Part shown: positions 1-8,397 of the stretch, in pieces
Layout of the letters: every line of letters begins with the position of its first letter
Position numbering within the stretch: position 1 is the first letter of the stretch
Assembly (NCBI GenBank): GCA_963662615.2
Contig: CAXXSR010000001.1
Coordinates: 1,472,533 to 1,536,532 of the forward strand
DNA: 64,000 bases
Reading direction: 5' to 3'
Source of the DNA: Dehalococcoidia bacterium
GTDB lineage: Bacteria > Chloroflexota > Dehalococcoidia > Bin125
The notes under the pieces: model-generated
The model's input: only the letters and a program-made list of their open reading frames with translations
Told to the model about the DNA's origin: nothing
The model's database searches: none
Made by a program: the position numbers and the translations under genes

Positions 1-257
1 CCGATGTCCTCGTCGACGTCCGCTGCTGGGGTGGCGTCGGGCCGGACGGGCCCAACCGCGCCGTCGCCATCTGGCGCGCCCTCCACGGCGCCCTCAACGT
101 CAGCCACAGCGCCGTCACCGTCTCCGGCGGCAGCGCCCACCTGCTCTGGGCCCTCGAGGATCTGGGCCCCGCCCTCCTCCGTGACCCCGATACCGGCGAG
201 GCCTTCGTGCGCAGCACCGCTCGCGTCGCCACCGCCAACGCCGCCCTGCCCGCCTAG
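1..257 (+). CDS. 3' end of an unidentified gene of the phage-like module (partial, runs off the left edge)
   Basis: Frame 3 is open from the window edge to TAG 255-257 with strong G/C third-position bias (DVLVDVRCWGG...TANAALPA*). It is absent from the ORF track because it has no start in the window. The listed ORF 4..312 is off-frame low-complexity. Confidence 0.4.
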   Translation, partial: DVLVDVRCWGGVGPDGPNRAVAIWRALHGALNVSHSAVTVSGGSAHLLWALEDLGPALLRDPDTGEAFVRSTARVATANAALPA

Positions 258-316
258 CCCCACGTCGGCTCCGATCACGTCGATGGACGAACGCCAAAAG
301 AAACGAGCATGAAGCA

Positions 317-871
317 ATGGTGAAACTCCTGGTCGGCTCCGGCCGCCTCTACGCCCACGCCGAGGGCACCGCCATGCCCGCCACCAACGTCGACCCCACC
401 ACCGCCGGCTGGATCGATCTCGGCGCCATCGACGGCGGCGTCAGCGCCGAGCGTGAGCAAACGCTCGAAGAGCACTTCGTCGACCATGAGACCGGCCCCG
501 TCGACGTCAGCCGCGCCGCCGAATCGCTCCTGATCGAAACCAACCTCGCCGAGCCCACCCTCACCAATCTGGGCAAGGTGCTCAACAACCTCACCCCCAC
601 CACCGACGTCGGCCCCCCCGCCACCGAGACGCTCGCCGGCTATCGCGGCGCCACCGTCGCCAAGCAGGCGCTCCTCTTCCGCGGCGGCTCGCCGGAGGGC
701 CCCGCCAAGATCGGCCAAACCTACATCCCGCGCGGCTACTTCGCCGGCGACCTCGGCCTCGCGCACCGCAAGGACGAACAGACCCTGATCCCGGTCGAGT
801 TCCGCGCCCTCGTCGATGAAAACGCCGCCACCGACGCCGAACGCTTCGGCGTCACCGTCTACGAAACCTAA
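317..871 (+). CDS. phage major tail (tube) protein-like
   Basis: 184 aa with strong GC3 bias. The N-terminus (GRLYAHAEGTAMPA...WIDLGAIDGGVS...TLEE) resembles siphovirus major tail proteins. Chaperone-like and tape-measure-like genes follow it. Confidence 0.65.
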   Translation: MVKLLVGSGRLYAHAEGTAMPATNVDPTTAGWIDLGAIDGGVSAEREQTLEEHFVDHETGPVDVSRAAESLLIETNLAEPTLTNLGKVLNNLTPTTDVGPPATETLAGYRGATVAKQALLFRGGSPEGPAKIGQTYIPRGYFAGDLGLAHRKDEQTLIPVEFRALVDENAATDAERFGVTVYET

Positions 872-1294
872 CGTGCGCCGCTTCCGCACCCTCCAGCCAT
901 CAATGCTCCCCGCACCCGCAGCGGAAGCGTGGTGAAAAAAACGTGCGCCGCTTCCGCACCCTCCAGCGATCGATGCCCGCCCGCACCCGCAGCGGAAGCG
1001 TGGTGAAAAAAACGTGCGCCGCTTCCGCACCCTCCAGCGATCGATGCCCGCCCGCACCCGCAGCGGAAGCGTGGTGAAAAAAACGTGCGCCGCTTCCGCT
1101 CCCTCCAGCGATCGATGCCCGCCCGCACCCGCAGCGGAAGCGTGGTGAAAAAAACGTGCGCCGCTTCCGCACCCTCCAGCGATCGATGCTCACCCGCACC
1201 CGCAGCGGAAGCGTGGTGAAAAAAACGTGCGCCGCTTCCGCACCCTCCAGATCGATGCCCGCCCGCACCCGCAGCGGAAGCGCGGCGAAAAAAA
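871..1294 (+). repeat. tandem array, 6 x ~71 bp hairpin units (family A)
   Basis: Units start at 871, 941, 1012, 1083, 1154 and 1225. Consensus: ACGTGCGCCGCTTCCGCACCCTCCAGCGATCGATGCCCGCCCGCACCCGCAGCGGAAGCGTGGTGAAAAAA. Each unit has the inverted repeat CGCTTCCGC / GCGGAAGCG and ends in an A-run. Confidence 0.95.
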
Positions 1295-1313
1295 CGCCTT
1301 GCTAGCAGCAGAG

Positions 1314-1916
1314 ATGAAGAGCATGCCCCAGCCCACGCGGAACGCGCACGCTTCCGGCCACCCACACGACCGTGACGTCCCACCCGCCCCAGCGGAAGCG
1401 CCGTTGAAATACCTCCTCGACCTCGACGCCGGACGCCTCCCCCGTCTCACCGTCCGCCTCGACGACCGCGACGTGCGCCTGCGCGAGCCCGAGAGCCTCG
1501 CCCTCACCGAGGCGCTCCGCTTGGGCGAACTCCTCCGCACCCTCGCCCACGACTCCACCTCGCCGCAGCAGTTCGACGCCACCGCCGCCGAGATCGTGAC
1601 CCTCATCGCGCCCCAGCTCGCGCCCCCCACGGAAGCCGCCACCAACGACCGCGCTTCCACTGTCCAAGCCGCCACGCGCACCTCCGCACCACCGGCCGAC
1701 GCGATAGCAAAGAACCCGGGGATCGCCAGGCGCATCGTCGCCTTCTACGCCGAGCACCTCGCCCGCGCCGTCGAGGCCCTGAGCGACGACGGCGGTGCAC
1801 CCCCTTTTTCGATGCCTCCCACGCCGGCATCGCCTGCGCCCGCGTCGCCGCCCGCTACCGCGTCGCCATCCGCGAGCAACTCGCCATGCCAATCGCCGAA
1901 TGGGCCTGCTACGTGA
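1314..1916 (+). CDS. tail assembly chaperone, gpG-like (zero-frame product); start uncertain (ATG 1314 or TTG 1405)
   Basis: GC3-rich frame lying between the tube gene and the tape-measure-like gene. The G/C third-position bias leaves this frame after ~1808. Confidence 0.5.
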   Translation: MKSMPQPTRNAHASGHPHDRDVPPAPAEAPLKYLLDLDAGRLPRLTVRLDDRDVRLREPESLALTEALRLGELLRTLAHDSTSPQQFDATAAEIVTLIAPQLAPPTEAATNDRASTVQAATRTSAPPADAIAKNPGIARRIVAFYAEHLARAVEALSDDGGAPPFSMPPTPASPAPASPPATASPSASNSPCQSPNGPAT

Positions 1917-2122
1917 CCGCCCTCCCCCGCCTCGACGCCAAGCAGACCCTCCGCGATGCCGAAGCCGCCGCGCTCCCCTGGATTACCCCGCGCGACCGCC
2001 GCCGCACCGCCGCGCGCTTGCGCGCGCTCGCCGCCATTGATCACCAACCCGTCCCTGGCCCCCTCCAGGGCATGGCCGTCCGCCACGTCCCCTCGGACCG
2101 CAGCCCAAGGAGCCCAGCGTGA
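1314..2122 (+). CDS. gpGT-like fusion product via -1 frameshift at C CCT TTT (1802-1808)
   Basis: After 1808 the -1 frame (FDASHAGIACARVAARYRVAIREQLAMPIAEW...) carries the strong C-third-position bias up to TGA 2120-2122. A canonical XXXYYYZ heptamer sits at the junction. Confidence 0.5.
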
Positions 2123-2766
2123 CAACAGAGATCGCCGACGCCGTCCTCACCCTCCGCACCGACGACGCCCCCCTGCGCGCCGGCCTGGACCGCGCCGAGC
2201 GCCGCATCCGCGACGCGCTCCGGCGCATGGAGAGCGCCGTCAACCAGACCGCCGCCAACGTCGACGGCGACGGAGGCGCCTCCGTCAGCACCGCCGTTGC
2301 CGCCCTCACCGGCCTCAGCTTCGCCCTGGCCCTCACCACCACCACCAGCGTCATCGCCGCCGCTGCTATGCCCGCCCTCGCCGGCGCCGTCGGCACTCTC
2401 GGCGTCACCAGCCTCAGCGCCGCCGTACAGATTCGCCTCGCCGTCTCCATCATTCGCCGCGCCGCCGACGCCCTCATGGCGCAGGCGCGCGCGGCCGCCC
2501 TGGCCGCCGCCCTGGCCACAGCTAAAGCCACCGCGGAAGCCACGCCGCCCAGCTTTCCGATCCCGCCCCAACCACCACTCGCCGCGGCCTCCGGCCTCCC
2601 CATCGCCGCCCGATCGCCGGCCCTCCCCGCCCGCCCCAACGGACCCCTGGTCGGCGCCCTCTACGTCACCGTGGAGCGGGAGAACCCGCGCGCCATCCAA
2701 GCCGGCGTCACTCTCGCCCTTACCGAACTCGCCCAGCGGGCCGACCTCGCCGGCGCCCTCGACTGA
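2119..2766 (+). CDS. tape-measure-like protein, unusually short (215 aa)
   Basis: GTG start overlaps the GT stop (GTGA), with AAGGAG 8 nt upstream. The position after G/GT fits a tape measure. The N-terminus looks helical and the centre is Ala/Gly/Thr-rich and hydrophobic. Confidence 0.45.
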   Translation: MTTEIADAVLTLRTDDAPLRAGLDRAERRIRDALRRMESAVNQTAANVDGDGGASVSTAVAALTGLSFALALTTTTSVIAAAAMPALAGAVGTLGVTSLSAAVQIRLAVSIIRRAADALMAQARAAALAAALATAKATAEATPPSFPIPPQPPLAAASGLPIAARSPALPARPNGPLVGALYVTVERENPRAIQAGVTLALTELAQRADLAGALD

Positions 2767-2769
2767 CGA

Positions 2770-2980
2770 CCACCACCGCGCACCCCGATCCCCTGAGGGC
2801 GGGTGGGTGGGATAAAGAAAAGGGGGCGGGGCGGCGAACGCCGCCGCCATCGCCCAGATCATCAAGCCTGGGCGAGCGACGACCACCAACGCGGCGCGCA
2901 CCCGGATCCACCGCGAGCGCGCGGAAGAAACCAGCTCCTCCCGCGCCCATCGACGGGCGACCGAGCATTGAGAAAAACCC
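2770..2980 (+). repeat. intergenic repeat mosaic (families B and C)
   Basis: Contains GAGGGCGGGTGGGTGGGATAAAGAAAAGG and CACCGCGAGCGCGCGGAAGAAACC. Both motifs recur in the other spacers. Confidence 0.8.
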
Positions 2981-3864
2981 ATGACCGTCACCTGGACCCC
3001 GGCCGGCAGCGCCGCCACCGCCATCCACCAGGACCCACGTTGGGCGCTGCTGGGCATGGGCGGGCACGGCGCCCCCGACACCCAGATCCAGACCGTCGGC
3101 TCCCCCGACCGCGACGAGCAGCTGCCCCTGCACGCGCCCGCCCAGCCCCGCCTCATCACCCTCACCTTCCGCATCCACGGCGCCACCCTCGCCGCCCTCT
3201 TCGCCCCCTGGCGCGACACCGGCCTGCGCGCCCAACCCGGTACCCTCACCGTCACCCTCGCCGACGGCCGCACCCGCGCCCTCCGCGCCTTTCCCCGCCA
3301 GGGGCTGGCCTGGGCCGCTGGTCGCCAGCGCGGCAGCCACACCGTCGAATCTCTCCTCCTGGAAGCGCCCGACCCTTTCTGGTTCGACCCCACCGTCATC
3401 AGCGGCAGCGCTACCGTGCAGGCGCCCGGCCGCCTCCGCTTCACGCCGTGGACGAACTCGGTTTCCCCGCCGGCTTCGGCAGCGACCTCCCCAGCGCCAC
3501 CGCCACCCTCAACAACCCCGGCAGCGTCCGCTCTTTTCCCGTCTTCACCGTCGCCGGCCCCGTCGTCAATCCCAGCATGCGGCTCGGCGCCAGCGGCCAC
3601 GTCGTCGCCTTCGCCCTCACCGTCCCCGCCGGCCTCACCCTTCGTGTCATCTGCGGCGCCCAGCCCGACGGCAGCGCCGACGCCCCCACCGCCGTCCTCA
3701 TCGACGACCTCGGCGGCCAGACCGCCACCCTCGGCGCTCTGCGCAGCGGCTCCCGCTTCTGGGCGCTCGGCCCCGGCGACAACACCGTCATCTTCGCCCA
3801 GGACAGCCCCGGCAGCGGCACCGTCGCCCAGCACCAGTTCTTTTCCCGTGAAGTCGCCATCTAG
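2981..3864 (+). pseudogene. distal tail protein (siphovirus tail component, Dit-like) split over two frames
   Basis: The N-terminal ~155 aa lie in the frame of ATG 2981. The C-terminal ~139 aa (VDELGFPAGFGSDL...FPVFTVAGPVVNPSMRLG...FWALGPGDNTVIF...) lie in the -1 frame and end at TAG 3862-3864. GC3 bias switches at about 3437-3451. This is either a genuine frameshift or an assembly error. Confidence 0.6.
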
Positions 3865-4088
3865 CGCGACCGCCATCGGAGTTCACATGACGCACGCGCC
3901 CTTCCCAGCCGGCCCACCCCGTCGTCCGAGCGCCCGCGATTTCGCTCCCACGAATCGCCGTCCCCTCGCGGACCCCCCGCGAAAGCGAGCACCCCTCCCA
4001 GCCGGCGCGGCACGTCTTCGAAGCGATCACGCTTCCGCTCGCCCAAGCGTCCGAGCAGTCCCACAGCCCCAACGGAAGCGAGCACAAA
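3865..4088 (+). repeat. intergenic spacer with a family A-like hairpin abutting the next start codon
   Basis: CGCTTCCG, a ~35-nt loop, CGGAAGCG, then AGCACAAAA directly before ATG 4089. Confidence 0.75.
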
Positions 4089-5435
4089 ATGGCTGAGGAA
4101 TCCTTCCCCTTCCAGGAACTCGCCGAGGGCGACCGCACCGTCAGCGCCGCCATGTTCGCCAAGCACCTCGGCGGGATACGGGCGCGCGGCGTGAACTTTG
4201 GCGTCGACAATCAACTGCAGGTCACGGAGTCCAGCCCCCAAGCGATGAGCGTCGACACCGGCGCCGCGTTCGTGGGCCTCACCGAGCAACGCGCCTACCG
4301 CAACACGCTCTCGCGGACGGTGCCCATCGCCGCCGCCGACCCCACCGACCCCCGCCACGACCTCGTCGTGCTGGACATGGACACGGCCAGCGGCGTGCGG
4401 ACCGTCACGGCGAAGATCGTCCAGGGCACGCCCGCCGCCTCCCCCCTCGACCCCGCCCTGACCCAGACCGAGGTGCATTACCAGCTGGCCATCGCCCGCG
4501 TGGTCGTGCCGGCGGCGGCGGTCAACATCAAGAACGCCGACATCGCGGACCTGCGCACCTTCAGCACACCGCGGAACTTCCCCCAAGCGGTGGAGGTCAA
4601 CACCTTCCGCCACCAGATCATCCGTACCGGCACGATCGCCAACGGCGACCTCAGCGCCTGCTCCTTCGAGTTCGACCAGAACAACGGTCCCGTCGCGGAT
4701 AGCGCCCGACTTTGGTACGGCTCCATCGAGACCACCGGCTGGCAGATCGGCCGCTACAAACGGGACCTGGTGACAGACGAGTGGTACTGGCCCGGCACTG
4801 CCGCCGACACCGACACCCAGACATCGGAAACGAACTGGGTGCAAGGGCAGGGCTGCTTCCAGCACATGATCATCAGCGCGACCGAGTACGTGTTCATCTT
4901 CGCGATCCGGAACGCTACGCCGCCCTACAACATCGTGGGCCGACGCCTCGATGCCGACACCCTCAGCAACACCCCCGTGACGTTGGGGATGACCGGGTTC
5001 AACACGCACCAGAGCGAAACATTGTATTCCTTCTTCGACGGCACCTTCCTCTGGATTTACGCTGCGGGCACGACGCGGACCGTCTACAAGTGCAGTTTCA
5101 CCGCGACCTCCGTGACCGTCGTGACCAGCTTCACACCCTCCGAGGGACTGACCCTCTTCTTCACGGATGGCAGCAACAAGGTCTGGGGCTTCGAGCCCGG
5201 AAGCCCTGGTAGCGTTTCCCAACCGCGCGAGGTCCACGAGTACGACTTCGCCGGGGTATTGCAGCAAACGCAGCCGTGGTCGCCCGGCATTGGCGTCGAT
5301 GCCGGTGCCAGCACGCAGGGGCAGATTGGGCGCTTGGGCAACCGCTACTGCATCGCTTCCGGCCTTTCCGGCTCGGCGCGAATCTCCCCCATTGGTACGG
5401 ACGTGAACGACATCTTCGGAAATCTGGTGAGCTGA
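4089..5435 (+). CDS. tail fibre / receptor-binding-like structural protein (function tentative)
   Basis: 448 aa in a clean frame. The N-terminal part resembles minor-tail/fibre N-domains (DPTDPRHDLVVLDMD...KIVQGTPA...YQLAIARVVVP). The C-terminal half has visibly lower GC, as is often seen for exchangeable receptor-binding domains. Confidence 0.55.
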   Translation: MAEESFPFQELAEGDRTVSAAMFAKHLGGIRARGVNFGVDNQLQVTESSPQAMSVDTGAAFVGLTEQRAYRNTLSRTVPIAAADPTDPRHDLVVLDMDTASGVRTVTAKIVQGTPAASPLDPALTQTEVHYQLAIARVVVPAAAVNIKNADIADLRTFSTPRNFPQAVEVNTFRHQIIRTGTIANGDLSACSFEFDQNNGPVADSARLWYGSIETTGWQIGRYKRDLVTDEWYWPGTAADTDTQTSETNWVQGQGCFQHMIISATEYVFIFAIRNATPPYNIVGRRLDADTLSNTPVTLGMTGFNTHQSETLYSFFDGTFLWIYAAGTTRTVYKCSFTATSVTVVTSFTPSEGLTLFFTDGSNKVWGFEPGSPGSVSQPREVHEYDFAGVLQQTQPWSPGIGVDAGASTQGQIGRLGNRYCIASGLSGSARISPIGTDVNDIFGNLVS

Positions 5436-5824
5436 TGCGCTTTTTCAAGATCGACCGATCCAAGGGCCCGAACGGCGTCTGGAGTCATGGGCCCTTCCTG
5501 AGCCGCGCCCGCGCTCACGTCCACGGCCCCATTGGCGCCCCCGACCGCGACCGACTCACCGTCGTGGCGCAGCTCGATGACGGGGATGTGCCCGTCCCTC
5601 TCCCGACGGGCCTGACGGAGCTCGCCGATCAGGCCGCCTACGACGCGGAAGCGACCGTGCTGCTGGCCGCGCGTCCGGCCCCGCCGCCGGACCTAGACGG
5701 GCAGGAGCTGGAACGCATCACTGCGATCTTGGCCAAGACGGACATCGCCGTGACGGACGCCGAGCTGAAGGAGGTCGCGCTCGCCGCCCTCCGTCGTCTC
5801 GCCACGGGCAAAGGCCTGGCCTAG
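5435..5824 (+). CDS. hypothetical phage-module protein (129 aa)
   Basis: ATG overlaps the previous stop (TGATG). The frame is GC3-rich (MRFFKIDRSKGPNGVW...). Confidence 0.6.
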   Translation: MRFFKIDRSKGPNGVWSHGPFLSRARAHVHGPIGAPDRDRLTVVAQLDDGDVPVPLPTGLTELADQAAYDAEATVLLAARPAPPPDLDGQELERITAILAKTDIAVTDAELKEVALAALRRLATGKGLA

Positions 5825-5879
5825 AGCATGGTGACCGAGCATGAAGATCATTACTCCCGCCGCGGCGCCTCGAGCCCGC

Positions 5880-6640
5880 AGCCCATCCAGGGCGGGTGGG
5901 CGGGCGCACCACAGAACGCAGCGCCGCGCCATCCCCAACCCACCGCGCGACAGCGCGCCCCGTAGCCCCCGCGCAGCGACCCTCGGGCAGTGGCGCGGCC
6001 GGTGCCTAGTCGCCAACCAGCAACCTTCCGGGGTGGGTGGGCGGGAGAAACAAAGAACGCAACGCCGCGCCATCCCCCAACACCCGGCGCGACAGCGCCC
6101 ACCCCACTGGCCCGGCCGGGCGGGAACAACACAGAAAGCAGCACCGCGCCATCCCCCAACACCCGGCGCGACAGCGCGTTCCGCAGCCCCCGCCCCGGCC
6201 ATTCGCTCGGGGGGCGGGCGGGCAGGAACAAAACAGAAAGCAGCCCCGCCACCATCCCTCAGGCCCGGCGCGACAGCGCCCACCCCACTGGCCCGGCCGG
6301 GCGGGAACAACACAGAACGCCGCGCCATCCCCCAACCCACCGCGCGACAGCGCGTTCCGCAGCCCCCGCCCCGGCCATTCGCTCGGGGGGCGGGCGGACA
6401 GGAACAAAACAGAAAACAGCCCCGCCACCATCCCTCAGGCCCGGCGCGACAGCGCCCACCCCACTGGCCCGGCCGGGCGGGAACAACACAGAACGCCGCG
6501 CCATCCCCCAACACCCGGCGCGACAGCCTCCAACCCACCGCGCGACAGCGCCCCCCGCAGCCCCCGCGCAGCGACCCTCGGGCAGTGGCGCGGCCGGCGC
6601 CCACTCGCCAACCAGCAACCTGCCGGTGTGGGCGGGCGGG
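5880..6640 (+). repeat. nested tandem repeat array (family B derivatives, ~88-bp subunits in ~176-bp higher-order units)
   Basis: A G-tract plus purine-rich run plus GCCGCGCCATCCCCCAACACCCGGCGCGACAGCGC recurs about 8 times. Near-identical ~95-bp flanks sit at ~5940-6035 and ~6535-6630. There are no unique spacers. Confidence 0.9.
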
Positions 6641-6740
6641 ACGACAACAACGGCCCCAGCCGTGCCCCCACGCCGCATCATCCTCCGACAGCGGCCCTCG
6701 CCGCCGTCGGGACGCCGGTCGCAAGCCCGCTGAGTGAGTC

Positions 6741-7868
6741 ATGGCCATCGAGAACGTCACCCTCTTTCACCGCAACGCCCAGCAGGCGATCCTCGCCGTG
6801 CGGCCGTTCACCCTACTCGAATGGACCCGTCGCTTCGCCGCCACCGGCAGCTTCCGCGCCGAGCTCCCCTTCGAGCACGGCCTCCCCGTGCAGGCCGGCG
6901 ACGTGCTCGACATTGAACTGGACGGCCGCACCGAATTCAGCGGCGTCGTCCAGCTCCGCCGCCTCACCCACCGCCCCCAGCGCCAGCCCGTCTGGCACTT
7001 CCAGGGCATGGACCTGAGCTGGTGGCTGCACCAGCGCGTCATCGTCCCGCCCTCCGGCCAGTCCCACGACGAACAGATCGGTGTCCCCGCTGAAGACGCC
7101 ATCCGCCACTACATCAATGACCACCTCCTCAACCCCACCGATCCGGCCCGCGCCATCCCCGTCCCGGCCCTCCTCGCCCCCGCCCACGTGCCGCCGCTCG
7201 GGCCGGCCGTGACCGTTCGCGCCCGCTACGGGAACTTGGCCAAAGAGATCGACCGCATCGCCGCCCGCGCCGGCCTCGGCTACCGCGCCGAACGCGACTC
7301 GCAAGATCGAATCAGCTTCGCCGTCCTCGCCCCCCGCGACCGCACCGCCACCTCGCCGCAGCCCGTCATCTTCGCCACCAGCCTCGGCACCGCCGAAGAG
7401 CTGACCTTCACCGAAGCGACCGTGCGCAGCCGCAACGCCGTCTACGTCCTCGGCGACGGCAGCGGCGCCACCCGCCTGGTCCAGGAGGTCACCGACGCCG
7501 CCGACGTCGCCGCCCGCGCCCGCCGCGAGATCGCCCTCGACGCCCGCCAGGCCACTTCCAGCGCCGCCGCCATCGACGCCGGCGAGACCGAACTCGCCCG
7601 CCAGGCCGCCGAGCGCCTGCGCCTGGAGGCCCGGCCGCCCGCGCTCAGCCCCCTCACCTACCGCCTCGACTGGGACGTCGGCGACATCGTCACCCTGGAC
7701 CTGCCCGACCTCTCCCTCCGCCTGGACCAACGCATTGAGGCCGTTCATGGCGCCATCGACTCCGACGAGCCCTTGTCCCTCTCCTGCTCCTTCGGCGCTC
7801 CCAGCCCGGACGCCACCGACGCCCTTCGCCACCTCGACGAGCGCACCGCCCCCGGCCGCTTCGTCTAA
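6741..7868 (+). CDS. siphovirus Gp37-like tail/hub protein
   Basis: 375 aa. The pattern (GSFRAELPFEH...AGDVLDIELDGRTEFSGVV...WWLHQRVI...GVPAEDAIRHYINDHL...NAVYVLGDGSGATR) matches my memory of the ReqiPepy6 Gp37-like family. Confidence 0.55.
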   Translation: MAIENVTLFHRNAQQAILAVRPFTLLEWTRRFAATGSFRAELPFEHGLPVQAGDVLDIELDGRTEFSGVVQLRRLTHRPQRQPVWHFQGMDLSWWLHQRVIVPPSGQSHDEQIGVPAEDAIRHYINDHLLNPTDPARAIPVPALLAPAHVPPLGPAVTVRARYGNLAKEIDRIAARAGLGYRAERDSQDRISFAVLAPRDRTATSPQPVIFATSLGTAEELTFTEATVRSRNAVYVLGDGSGATRLVQEVTDAADVAARARREIALDARQATSSAAAIDAGETELARQAAERLRLEARPPALSPLTYRLDWDVGDIVTLDLPDLSLRLDQRIEAVHGAIDSDEPLSLSCSFGAPSPDATDALRHLDERTAPGRFV

Positions 7869-8250
7869 GCCGCCCCCACCCCCAGAGGGCGGGTGGGCGG
7901 GAGAAAACAAAGAACGCAACACCGCACCCATCGCCATCGCCCGGCGCGCAGCGCCCCATCGCGACGCCGATCGGAACGGACCCGCAACCCATCGCGAGAC
8001 ATCGCGCCACGCGTTGCATCCCGCACAGGCGGTACCGGACCCCCAACCGCGGCGGGTGGGCGGGACAACAACAACAACGGGGTGGCGCGAGCGACCGCGA
8101 ACACCGCGCTGGCCCAAACGAACCGCGAGCGCGCGCGAAAAAAACCGCTCACCCTGACCTGTCCTTCCCTCCCAGGAAGGAGCCTGCCTGTCCTGAGCTT
8201 GCCGAACGGTCGAAGGGCCGAAGGAGCGAACGGCCGCAACCATCCACACT
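7869..8250 (+). repeat. intergenic repeat mosaic (families B, C, D)
   Basis: Contains GAGGGCGGGTGGGCGGGAGAAAACAAAGAACGCAAC, AACCGCGAGCGCGCGCGAAAAAAACCG and CTGTCCTTCCCTCCCAGGAAGGAGCCTGCCTGTCCTGAGCTTGCCGAA. Confidence 0.85.
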
Positions 8251-8397
8251 CTCATCCCCACGACGACGAATCAGGGGACGCCACTCGAAATTAGGCACAA
8301 GGAGAATGGACGTCGCCATCATGCTCAGCCAATTTGATAGTGCCGCAATGTGGCGACGGATCTACCCCACGTTCACCGGCAGGGAGCAGGGACGGCC

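Noticed and set aside
4-312. ORF-track entry 4..312 (MSSSTSAAGVASGRTG...) as the first gene
   Set aside because: It is a Ser/Pro/Ala low-complexity translation. The adjacent frame (1..257) carries the codon bias and ends at TAG 255-257.
2041-3876. Very long ORFs antisense to or out of frame with recognisable genes (for example 2041..3876 -, 10528..12207 -, 17328..19046 +, 20743..22671 +, 41520..43751 -, 52644..54899 +, 53599..54939 -)
   Set aside because: Their translations are low-complexity (R/P/G/A-rich) and lack the G/C third-position bias. They overlap genes with clear family motifs. These are expected open-frame artefacts of a high-GC sequence.
871-6640. Tandem arrays (71 bp x6 at 871-1294; the nested array at 5880-6640; also 22271-22650 and 12518-12935) as possible CRISPR arrays
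   Set aside because: The units are contiguous or alternate between only two or three repeated variants. There are no unique spacers of constant length, unit sizes (71-146 bp) are outside CRISPR repeat range, and no cas genes are in the window.
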